Part shown: positions 9,122-16,524 of the stretch, in pieces | Layout: each line of letters starts with the position of its first letter | Position numbering within the stretch: position 1 is the stretch's first letter | DNA from: a bacterium | Lineage (GTDB): Bacteria; Actinomycetota; Acidimicrobiia; Acidimicrobiales; CATQHL01 | Direction of reading: 5' to 3' | Length of the DNA stretch: 42,364 nt | Assembly (NCBI GenBank): GCA_026713745.1 | Contig: JAPONU010000155.1 | Span: 1-42,364, forward strand | Program-made: the position numbers and the translations under genes | The notes under the pieces: model-generated | What the model saw: only the letters and a program-made list of their open reading frames with translations | Databases searched by the model: none | What the model was told of the DNA's origin: nothing

Positions 9122-10792
9122 GTGCGCTTTCTCCGCTCGTTCCGGCCGGCCGGCCGCCTGCCGCGCGTGCTCGGCGCGGCGATCGGCGTGGGTGTCGGTG
9201 TCGGCCTGCTGGTGGCGCTCTTCGAGCAGGTCGTCGTCGAGATCATGCTGGAGAGGCTCTTCGAGTTGCCGCTGTGGCAGCAGGCTCTCGGACCGTTCGT
9301 CGGGCTCTGCGCGGCGGCGCTGCTGCTGCGCCTCGTGGGAGGGCGGGGAACCACGCCGGCCACTTCCGACGAGTACATCAAGGCATTTCACGAGCGCTCG
9401 CCGCGGCTGCCGCTGCGCCAGCTTCCCGCAAAGCTGCTTGCGGGAGCCGCGACGATCGGTTGTGGCGGGGCACTGGGTATGGAGGGCCCGTCGATCTACG
9501 CGGGAGCCTCCGTGGCCCACAACCTGCAACGCCTCCTGCAGCGCTTCCTGCGCCGCGAGGAGATACAGATGCTGCTCACCGCCGGTGCCGCCGCCGGCGT
9601 TGCGGCAATCTTCCGAGCGCCGGCCACGGGCGTCATCTTCGCTCTGGAGGCCCCGTACCGCGACGACGTGACGCGCCGGGCACTACTGCCCTCGCTGGTG
9701 GCCTCGGCGGTGAGTTTCCTGATGTTCGCCGTCGTGTTGGGCGACACCAGCCCGGTCTTTCCCGGTCTGGCGGGAGACGCGCGGACTCTGGCGATCGTCG
9801 ACCTGTTGGGTGGTGCGCTGGTGGGTGTCACCGCGGGACTGGGGGGGCGGGGGTTCTCGGCGCTCGTCCGTTGGGGCAAGGCCCTGCCGGGCCGCTTCGG
9901 GCCGGTGCCCCGCATCGTCGCCACCGGAGGCTTGCTCTGCGGTTTGGCATTCGCCACGAACGCCCTCTTCGGGGCACCCCTGAGCCTGGGTCCCGGCGTG
10001 CGCTCCGCCGAATGGGTGCTCGACGTGCCCCGGGGGGTCTGGCTCATCGTGGCGCTGTTCGGGATCCGGATCGTAGCCACGCTGGCGACGGTGGCGGCGG
10101 GCGGTACAGGAGGATTGTTCATCCCCCTTGCCGTCCAGGGCGTGTTGATGGGGACGGTGGTGGGCATTCTGCTGGACCACAGCGAGACGGGTCTGTATCC
10201 GACGCTCGGACTCGCGGCGTTCCTGGGCGCGGGGTACCGCGCGCCGATCGCCGCGGTCATGTTCGTGGCCGAGTCCAGCCAAGGCTCCGCATTCGTGGTA
10301 CCCGCACTGGTGGCGGCGGCCGTGGCGCAACTGGTGGCGGGTCGAGCCGGCGTTTCCTCCCACCAGGCTGCCGAACGCCTCGGGCACCTCGAGCGCCGCT
10401 TCATGCTGCCGATCACCTCGGTGCTCCGGACCGACGTCCTGACCGTTCCACCCGATGCGACGATCTCGGAGTTGATGACCATGCACGTCCTCGGCCGGCG
10501 CGAGCGTGAGGTGGCGGTGGTGGAGGGGCGCCGCTATGGCGGGATGTGCGGTCTGGATCAGATCGGCGACCTGCCGCGGAGCGAATGGGACTCCAGGACC
10601 GTCGGGGAGATGGCCGCGACGGACCTCCCGGTGGCGAATCCCTCCTGGACCCTCCGTGACGCCGTGGCGGCGATGGACAAGGCGGACGTCGAGATGCTGG
10701 CCGTCGTGACCGCCGACGGTTCGTTCGTCGGCCTCGTGTTGGAGGACGACATTCTGAAGCTCGACGAGATCCTGGAGGAGACCGGCGGCTGA
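9122..10792 (+). CDS. ClC-family voltage-gated chloride channel / H+-Cl- antiporter with C-terminal CBS pair
   Basis: Selectivity motifs GALGMEGP (GxEGP) and GGLFIPL (GxFxP), YRAPIAAVMFVAE, and two CBS-like repeats in the last ~140 aa. GTG start. Confidence 0.92.
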   Translation: MRFLRSFRPAGRLPRVLGAAIGVGVGVGLLVALFEQVVVEIMLERLFELPLWQQALGPFVGLCAAALLLRLVGGRGTTPATSDEYIKAFHERSPRLPLRQLPAKLLAGAATIGCGGALGMEGPSIYAGASVAHNLQRLLQRFLRREEIQMLLTAGAAAGVAAIFRAPATGVIFALEAPYRDDVTRRALLPSLVASAVSFLMFAVVLGDTSPVFPGLAGDARTLAIVDLLGGALVGVTAGLGGRGFSALVRWGKALPGRFGPVPRIVATGGLLCGLAFATNALFGAPLSLGPGVRSAEWVLDVPRGVWLIVALFGIRIVATLATVAAGGTGGLFIPLAVQGVLMGTVVGILLDHSETGLYPTLGLAAFLGAGYRAPIAAVMFVAESSQGSAFVVPALVAAAVAQLVAGRAGVSSHQAAERLGHLERRFMLPITSVLRTDVLTVPPDATISELMTMHVLGRREREVAVVEGRRYGGMCGLDQIGDLPRSEWDSRTVGEMAATDLPVANPSWTLRDAVAAMDKADVEMLAVVTADGSFVGLVLEDDILKLDEILEETGG

Positions 10793-10814
10793 GAGGTCCC
10801 GGGAGGGCCGGCAA

Positions 10815-10850
10815 CCCCTCGCAGGGGCGCTAGGTCTCGCTCAGCGAGAC
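10815..10850. terminator. two short GC hairpins between convergent genes (possible bidirectional terminator)
   Basis: CCCCT-cgc-AGGGG (10815-10827) and GTCTCG-ctcag-CGAGAC (10834-10850) lie between the ClC stop and the stop of the small minus-strand ORF. No U-tracts. Confidence 0.3.
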
Positions 10851-10869
10851 AGTGGCCGGCCGTCGGGCA

Positions 10870-11034
10870 CTAGGCGTCGGAACTGTGCGCACACCACGAC
10901 CGGTGATCATGGCCCGGGAGCGCCTCACACTCGGGACAGGGCTCTTCGTCATCCTCGAAGAGTTCATCGAAACTGTCGCTGGTCTGCTTGAGAGCGCGGG
11001 CTTCCTCGTAGCGCCGGTGGCGTCCCTTCTTCAC
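10870..11034 (-). CDS. hypothetical 54-aa protein with C-terminal CxxC...HxH...C cluster (not in ORF track, below its size cutoff)
   Basis: Hand translation: (V/M)KKGRHRRYEEARALKQTSDSFDELFEDDEEPCPECEALPGHDHRSWCAHSSDA-stop. GGAG lies 8 nt upstream of the GTG at 11034. The overlapping + strand 160-aa ORF and the 69-aa minus ORF look non-coding. Confidence 0.4.
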   Translation of the reverse strand: MKKGRHRRYEEARALKQTSDSFDELFEDDEEPCPECEALPGHDHRSWCAHSSDA

Positions 11035-11139
11035 AACCAGAACTCCGAACTCGCTGGGCCGAGCGCCGCATCTCCGGCGTCCAGCTCTGTCTGTTGGCGA
11101 GAAACGCCGTTACCGCCGCGCGTTCCCGCGGGATTGAGC

Positions 11140-11145
11140 ATTCTA
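11140..11145 (-). promoter_or_regulatory. candidate -10 element TAGAAT upstream of the 54-aa ORF
   Basis: The minus strand reads gcaccgcacTAGAATgctc about 105 nt upstream of the GTG at 11034, matching the actinobacterial TAnnnT -10 consensus. No convincing -35. Confidence 0.3.
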
Positions 11146-11231
11146 GTGCGGTGCACCCGTCCACCTCCAGCATATTCCCCGGGCACGGGGCACGGCTCCG
11201 GCAGAGGTGCCGCGAACGCGACCCGTGCTGC

Positions 11232-12371
11232 TCAGAGCGGAAGCCCGGATCGCTGCTCGATACGCAGTTTGCCCTCCGGCTCCAGCGCCACCGCTGCCTT
11301 GCCGGTCATCAGCTCCTCAACCCGAGATCCGTAGCGCTCATAGCGCCAGCCGGCCCCAAGCCGCGCCCCCGGCTCCGCCTCCAAGAACGCGGCCAGATCG
11401 GCTCGGGTGGCGACGAGTGCTGGGTCCAACTGGTCGTCCCGGGCGACCTGCGAGAGCCAGGCGGACACCAGCGAGACGACCGGCTGGAGGTGTGACCTGT
11501 CGGGACCTCTCGAGTTCCGGGGCACCTGCGGTGGCTTGAGCCGCGCCTTGTTGATGACCTCCAGCAGTTCGGCTCCCGTGGCGGGGGACATGGCCCGGGA
11601 GTCCACCCCGCGCACCGCAGCGAGCGCGGTCTGAGAGGCCGGCGAGGCCTGCACGACCGCCGCCAGCGCCAGATCGCTGAGCACGTAGCGAACCGGGAGA
11701 TCCAGTCGCGCGGCACGACTCTCGCGCCAAGCCGCCACCGCGATCGCCATTGGCTGGGACCGCCGTGGCAGCCTGCGAAGCTCTCGCACTCGCTGCCAGG
11801 CGTCCTCGGGCCGGCGCGACGCCGCTTGTCGGATACGCAATACCTCGCATTCCTCCTCGCACCACCCCAACCGGCCACGGTCCTTCAGGCGGTCGCGGAG
11901 GGCCGCCCACAAGGCCGGCAGGTGGACCACGTCGCCGGCCGCGTACTCGAGTTGTTGCGGCCGCAGGGGCCGTCGCAGCCAGTCGGTGAGCCGGTCGCCC
12001 TTGGCAACGTCGATATCCAAGAACCGGGCGAGCAGGTCACGCAGCGATGCGGAGCGCATCCCGCAGAATCCGGCCGCCGTCTGCGTGTCGACGAGGGTTG
12101 CCGGCACCCGGCCGACTGCATGTCGCAGGATCTCGAGGTCCTGGTCGGGAGCATGCATGACCGCTGTGGCCGAGCTGTCGAGCAGTGCTCCCAGGGGTTC
12201 CAGCGAGGCGGCGAGCGGGTCGAGGAGGATCACCCGATCCGCCCAGGCCAGTTGCACCAGACCGAGGCGGGGATAGTAGGTCTGTTCGCGGTGAAACTCG
12301 GTGTCGAGCGCGTAGCTCGGCGCGTCGCAGGCCTCGGCGACGAGTTCGACGAGGCGCGCCTCGTGGGTCAC
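11232..12371 (-). CDS. rnd: ribonuclease D (3'-5' exonuclease plus HRDC domain)
   Basis: DEDD exonuclease motif ALDTEFHRE...YPRLGLVQL, YAAGDVVHL, and an HRDC-like region with LSDLALAAVV. Confidence 0.9.
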   Translation of the reverse strand: MTHEARLVELVAEACDAPSYALDTEFHREQTYYPRLGLVQLAWADRVILLDPLAASLEPLGALLDSSATAVMHAPDQDLEILRHAVGRVPATLVDTQTAAGFCGMRSASLRDLLARFLDIDVAKGDRLTDWLRRPLRPQQLEYAAGDVVHLPALWAALRDRLKDRGRLGWCEEECEVLRIRQAASRRPEDAWQRVRELRRLPRRSQPMAIAVAAWRESRAARLDLPVRYVLSDLALAAVVQASPASQTALAAVRGVDSRAMSPATGAELLEVINKARLKPPQVPRNSRGPDRSHLQPVVSLVSAWLSQVARDDQLDPALVATRADLAAFLEAEPGARLGAGWRYERYGSRVEELMTGKAAVALEPEGKLRIEQRSGLPL

Positions 12372-12402
12372 CAGTTCGTAGTCGCTCAGGAGTCGGCTCC
12401 GT

Positions 12403-13044
12403 TCATGACACGCCGAGTTGCACCGAGCCCGAAGCGGCTCCGGCAGGATCGGGGGGGCCGCCTGCCGGCGCCCCTGGTGCCTGCGGTGGATTCGGCGCCG
12501 CAGAGAGCGTCAAGGTGTGCAGGTCGTGCGGCGTGTCGACGTCCTGCAGGGTGGTGGGGTCGTGCACGGTCACCAGCCGCGCGCGGACGTGGTCAGCAGC
12601 GGCGCGCAGGCGGCGTTCACCCGCATCGAAGAGCGGCTCGAGGGAGTGCAGGCATTCGCGCCGCCACACGGCGTGGGCCGGCTGTGGCCGACCGTCGAGC
12701 AGCGGCACGACTGCGTCGATGTCCTCGCGGGTGTGCCTCAGCAGTTCGCGCACTGTCGCGGCGTCGGCGCGAGGCAGGTCGCACGCCAGGACGGCGACCC
12801 ACTCCCCCACTGCCGACCGGAGCGCCGTGAGCAGCCCACCCAGCGGACCCTCACCGGCGTCGTCGTCTCGTATCGCCCTGAAACCCAGCAGGGCGAGGCG
12901 AGGCTCGTCGCCGCCGATACTGAGCAGTTCGACTGCCCCGGCTTCGGCGAGAGCAGCGCGAGCGATCTCGGCCAGGGGGCGCCCTTGGAAAGACGCGAAG
13001 GCCTTGTCCCGGCCCATGCGCCTGCTTCCGCCGCCGGCGAGCAC
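12403..13044 (-). CDS. mobA: molybdenum cofactor guanylyltransferase MobA
   Basis: LAGGGSRRMGRDKA nucleotide-binding motif, GPLGGLLTAL, and LACDLP. Track ORF 12403..13428 overlaps the DUF3151 gene in another frame. The only plausible starts are GTG 13044 or ATT 13080, so the start is uncertain. Confidence 0.8.
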   Translation of the reverse strand: MLAGGGSRRMGRDKAFASFQGRPLAEIARAALAEAGAVELLSIGGDEPRLALLGFRAIRDDDAGEGPLGGLLTALRSAVGEWVAVLACDLPRADAATVRELLRHTREDIDAVVPLLDGRPQPAHAVWRRECLHSLEPLFDAGERRLRAAADHVRARLVTVHDPTTLQDVDTPHDLHTLTLSAAPNPPQAPGAPAGGPPDPAGAASGSVQLGVS

Positions 13045-13072
13045 GGCGCCGCTGAACTTCGTCGCGGGACTC

Positions 13073-13519
13073 TCAGGAATCGAACCGCTCCGGCGACCAT
13101 TGGGGATCCAGCTGCACCAGGAACTGCTCGCATCGGTTAGCCTCCTCCTGCTCCCCCAGTTCCGCGGCGGTGCGCGCCAGACCCGCCAGCGCCAGCAGGA
13201 ACCCGCGATTGTGCGGATGTCCCCAGCGCACGTACCCCGAACCGCGCCAACCGCTGTGACGGAGCCGGTCCAGGCCTCTGTGATAGCCGACACGGAAGCA
13301 GGCGTAGGCCTCCACCGTGTCCCGGGCCTCCTGGCCCAGCCGAGCCCAACCTTCCAGGAACTGGGGCCAGCGGGAGACGACATCGCTGATGAGGGAGTGC
13401 CTCTCCGCGCCGGGCGCGGCCAACGCACGCGCCAGCTGGGCCAGCGCCTCGGTTGGTTCGGGGTCCAGCACCGTCTCCGGCGGTCCGGACCGGCTCAGCG
13501 AGATTGGGACGTCGCTCAC
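13073..13519 (-). CDS. DUF3151 domain-containing protein
   Basis: 148 aa with the conserved block FRVGYHRGLDRLRHSGWRGSGYVRW...NRGFL, typical of actinobacterial DUF3151. GTG start has AAGGAG 5 nt upstream. Confidence 0.85.
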   Translation of the reverse strand: MSDVPISLSRSGPPETVLDPEPTEALAQLARALAAPGAERHSLISDVVSRWPQFLEGWARLGQEARDTVEAYACFRVGYHRGLDRLRHSGWRGSGYVRWGHPHNRGFLLALAGLARTAAELGEQEEANRCEQFLVQLDPQWSPERFDS

Positions 13520-13609
13520 ATGCGCTCCTTGCCGGCCGGCTCTCGGTGGGCCTCGAACCGGGGCTCGCCGGCAGCGGTCATCCCCCGGTTCATTGGACAG
13601 TTGCCCGCA

Positions 13610-15091
13610 TTATCGCACCGGCTGCGGGACGCGACGGAGCTCTCGCAGGTCTCCGGGCACGCGGACGAGTCGCAACACGTCGGTGCTGCGGCTCGCCGGA
13701 TTGATGCCGGCAAGAACCGCGACGAGATCACCGGCGCGCACGTGCCCCGATTCCGTTGCCGCCTCCACGGCGTCGGCCACCCGTGACTCGTATGCGGTCT
13801 CGCTGGCAAGGCAGATGGGTTCTACGCCCCAACTCAGCGTCAACTGGCGCACCGTCCGGCGATCGGCACTGAAGCCGAGCACCGGAACGCGCGGCCGGAA
13901 TCGCGCCATGGAGCGGACCGTGAAGCCGCTGCCGGACACGCAGATGAGTGCCGCCAGGTCGACCTCCTCGACGACTCGTGAGGCCGCGGTGGTCATCGCG
14001 TCGGTGACCGACAGCGACGCTTGGTCCGGGTTGATCATGTGCAGCTGCGTGATGTTCTGCGCCCAGCTGGTGTGGTCAAAGCGGAGATCGGCCTCCTGGG
14101 CGATCCGTGCCATCGTGGTGACGACGTGTACCGGGTCGGCGCCGATCGCCGTCTCCGCGGAGAGCATGACGGCGCTGGAGCCGTCGAAGACGGCGTTTGC
14201 AACGTCGGACGCCTCGGCGCGGGTCGGCACCGGCGAGTCGATCATGGATTCCAGCATCTGGGTGGCGGTTATGGCCGGACGGCCGCCGGCGATGCAGCGG
14301 CGGATGATGTCCTTCTGCAGGTGCGGCAGGTTCTCGATCGGGATCTCGATGCCCAGGTCGCCCCGGGCCACCATCACGGCGTCGGCCGCGTTGATGATGG
14401 CGTCGATGTTCTCGACCGCGGGACGAGTCTCGATCTTGGCGATCAGCAGCGGCCCATCCGGCGGTGCTGCGGTTCCCAGAGTGTGAAGGTCCTCCGGCCC
14501 TCGCACGAACGACATGCCGATGAAGTCCACACCAACTTCGGCTAATGCCTCTGCGTAGCGGAGGTCCCGTTCGGTGGGTGTGGTGAGGCTGAGCCGGTCG
14601 GCGGGGATGTAGAACCCCGGCCGCCCGCGCAGCAGGCCGCCGTGGAGCACCTGGCCGCGCAACTCACTGTTGTGCGCAGACTGGATCTCGATGAGGATCT
14701 GCCCGTCGGCGAGCCCGACGCGATCCCCCGCCTCCACATCGTCGAGGAGGCGCTCGTAGTCAACCTCGAGAACCTGTGCGTCGCTGGCGGTGCGCCCGGG
14801 CCTCAGGATCACCTCGGCATGCTGTTCGAGCATGACGCCGCCGCGTGGCAGCGGAGCCACCCGGATCTTCGGCCCCGGCAGGTCGGCCAGGATGCCGAGT
14901 TCGCGCCCCTCGGCGCTCGCCACACCCCGGATTCGTCCGTACAGCTCGAGTGCGGCGTCGAGTGATCCGTGCGACAGGTTGAGGCGGGCCACGTCCATCC
15001 CGGCACCCATGAGTCCCGCCAGGACCCGGGGGCTCTCGGAGGCAGGGCCGATCGAGGCGACGATCTTCGTGCGCCGACGGTCGGCGGTCAT
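13610..15091 (-). CDS. pyk: pyruvate kinase
   Basis: RRTKIVASIGPAS, ARLNLSHG, MVARGDLGIEIP, TQMLESM. Track ORF 13610..15736 is an upstream stop-free extension; ATG 15091 begins the family-conserved N-terminus. Confidence 0.95.
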   Translation of the reverse strand: MTADRRRTKIVASIGPASESPRVLAGLMGAGMDVARLNLSHGSLDAALELYGRIRGVASAEGRELGILADLPGPKIRVAPLPRGGVMLEQHAEVILRPGRTASDAQVLEVDYERLLDDVEAGDRVGLADGQILIEIQSAHNSELRGQVLHGGLLRGRPGFYIPADRLSLTTPTERDLRYAEALAEVGVDFIGMSFVRGPEDLHTLGTAAPPDGPLLIAKIETRPAVENIDAIINAADAVMVARGDLGIEIPIENLPHLQKDIIRRCIAGGRPAITATQMLESMIDSPVPTRAEASDVANAVFDGSSAVMLSAETAIGADPVHVVTTMARIAQEADLRFDHTSWAQNITQLHMINPDQASLSVTDAMTTAASRVVEEVDLAALICVSGSGFTVRSMARFRPRVPVLGFSADRRTVRQLTLSWGVEPICLASETAYESRVADAVEAATESGHVRAGDLVAVLAGINPASRSTDVLRLVRVPGDLRELRRVPQPVR

Positions 15092-15218
15092 CGCGACGAC
15101 CCGGCGGAAACCTGGCGGATGTCCAGGTCGCAGGAACACAACCGACCTCGACTCCTCATCGTGTGAGCAGGCTACCGGTGTCGCTAGTCTCCGCGCCATC
15201 TCCGATCTGCCGCCGTAC

Positions 15219-15959
15219 TTGCGACACGACGGGCCCCTGGCCTTCGCGCACCGTGGCGGCGGCCACGAGGCCCCCGAGAACACCGTCGCCGCATTCGAGC
15301 GGGCCGTGGACTTGGGGTTCGGGTACCTGGAGACCGACGCCCGGCTCACCAGCGACGGCGTGGTGGTCGCCTTCCATGACGCCACACTCGACCGCCTGAC
15401 CGATCGCAGCGGCGGGGTCGCGGAGCTCGATTGGGCAGAGGTCTCCGCCGCCCGGGTCCATGGAATCGAACCAGTGCCCCGGCTGGTGGACGTTCTGGGC
15501 GCCTGGGAGACGGTTCGCTTCAACATCGATCCGAAGTGTGACGAGGTTGTCGAACCCTTGGCCGAACTGGTGCGTGATCTGGGGATTGCCGAGCGGGTCT
15601 GCTTCGGTTCGTTCAAGTCACGCCGGACCGCGCGCCTGGCCGGGATCCTGGGGCCCGCGGTATGCCGGAGTCTGGGCCCTGTTGGCGTGGCGCGGCTGTG
15701 GCTGTCCTCGCGGGGGCTCCCCGTACCGGTCGCCACAGGTGGTGCCGCTTGCGTGCAGGTGCCCGCACATATCGAGGGGCGGGCACTGGTCGACGAGAGG
15801 TTCCTGGAGTCGGCTCATCGCCGCGGGTTGCAGGTGCACGTATGGACCGTCGACGATCCCCGTCACATGCACCGCTTGCTGGACTTGGGCGTCGACGGCT
15901 TAATGACCGACCGGCCGAGCGTGCTGCGTGGTGTGCTGGCGGAACGTGGCTCCTGGTGA
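15219..15959 (+). CDS. glycerophosphodiester phosphodiesterase family protein
   Basis: LAFAHRGG...APENT and YLETDARLTSDGVVVAFHD (GDPD catalytic His/Glu/Asp context), and VHVWTVDD. Track ORF begins at 14790 inside pyk antisense. The first plausible start near the conserved N-terminus is TTG 15219. No clear SD, so the start is uncertain. Confidence 0.82.
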   Translation: MRHDGPLAFAHRGGGHEAPENTVAAFERAVDLGFGYLETDARLTSDGVVVAFHDATLDRLTDRSGGVAELDWAEVSAARVHGIEPVPRLVDVLGAWETVRFNIDPKCDEVVEPLAELVRDLGIAERVCFGSFKSRRTARLAGILGPAVCRSLGPVGVARLWLSSRGLPVPVATGGAACVQVPAHIEGRALVDERFLESAHRRGLQVHVWTVDDPRHMHRLLDLGVDGLMTDRPSVLRGVLAERGSW

Positions 15960-16073
15960 GCTTCTTCGGGACCCTCTGGGCCTGGGGAGGGTGCCCGCAG
16001 GGACGCACCGGAAGGACTCCTGTTGACCAGTTCGTTGAGAAGTGTCTGCAACCCTGTTGACAGCGTGGGTCCG

Positions 16074-16106
16074 CCTGGGGATTTCTCGCGGATTCCTGGG
16101 GATTTC
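16074..16106. repeat. two perfect 12-nt direct repeats CCTGGGGATTTC, 21 bp apart centre to centre
   Basis: Copies at 16074-16085 and 16095-16106. A degenerate third copy (TTCAGGGGTCT) sits near 16113-16123. They lie in the AT-richer part of the gene-free gap, just downstream of TTGACC/TTGACA boxes at about 16023 and 16057. Confidence 0.8.
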
Positions 16107-16194
16107 GGCCAATTCAGGGGTCTGGCGATTGCAAGCACCGGGACGCCTTGCCAAACTCACACTCAACCGAATCACCTGCTTTGCTCCTTGCCGC

Positions 16195-16524
16195 GAGGAG
16201 AGGGGCCCGCAGGAAACGCAGAGAACCGGGCAACCGGTGCGAAGCGGCTCCGGCGGAGGCGGGCAGAGGGTTCGGCCAGGATCGGCTCCGCTGGAACCTG
16301 GAAACAGGATCCGGTTGCGGATCCGCCGGCCGCAAGGCAGGTGGATCTGCTCCGAACCGAACCGGAACCGCCGGAGGCTGCGGCCATCGGTAGAGACCGG
16401 GGAGGATCGGAGGAGGCGGGCCACCTCTGCGGGGTGGTCCGACCGCTGGGAGACGGTTCGAACGGAGGCCCCGAGAAGCCGACCGGCGCAAGCCGGAAAG
16501 CTACTCGGGGCCTCATCCTTTTCC
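16195..16524 (+). ncRNA. candidate structured non-coding RNA of unknown family
   Basis: No credible ORF in any frame. Hairpins capped by GNRA tetraloops only when read on the + strand: 16225-16238 (GCAA), 16297-16308 (GAAA), 16320-16347 (GCAA), 16465-16514 (GCAA). A 9-bp long-range helix joins 16248-16256 and 16368-16376. The segment ends in a hairpin plus TTTT. Confidence 0.3.
16465..16524 (+). terminator. long GCAA-capped hairpin followed by a T-run (intrinsic-terminator-like)
   Basis: GAGGCCCCGAG ... CTCGGGGCCTC is an 11-bp perfect stem, extended by AGC/GCT and CCGGC-GCAA-GCCGG, then atccTTTTcc. A degenerate second copy lies 93 nt downstream. Confidence 0.4.

Noticed and set aside
13076-13086. 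GGTTCGATTCC (minus strand), a tRNA T-loop-like motif.
   Set aside because: The flanking bases do not form a T-stem, acceptor or anticodon arms. The motif lies inside the DUF3151 coding frame (ERFDS-stop).
13610-15736. N-terminal extensions in the raw ORFs: pyk as 708 aa, trkH as 681 aa (25949..27994), dacB as 529 aa, mobA as 341 aa, GDPD as 389 aa, trmI as 325 aa.
   Set aside because: The upstream parts overlap neighbouring genes or lack family similarity. Internal starts coincide with conserved N-termini, signal peptides, SD motifs or 4-nt stop/start overlaps.
16219-16243. Resemblance of CAGAGAACCGGGC to the RNase P CR-IV element (ACAGAACCCGGC). Also resemblance of CCGGTGCGAA plus GCCACTG (16593-16599) to cobalamin riboswitch elements.
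   Set aside because: The other universally conserved blocks are missing on both strands (GAGGAAAGUCCGG for RNase P; the B12 box and core junction for cobalamin). The spacing is also wrong.
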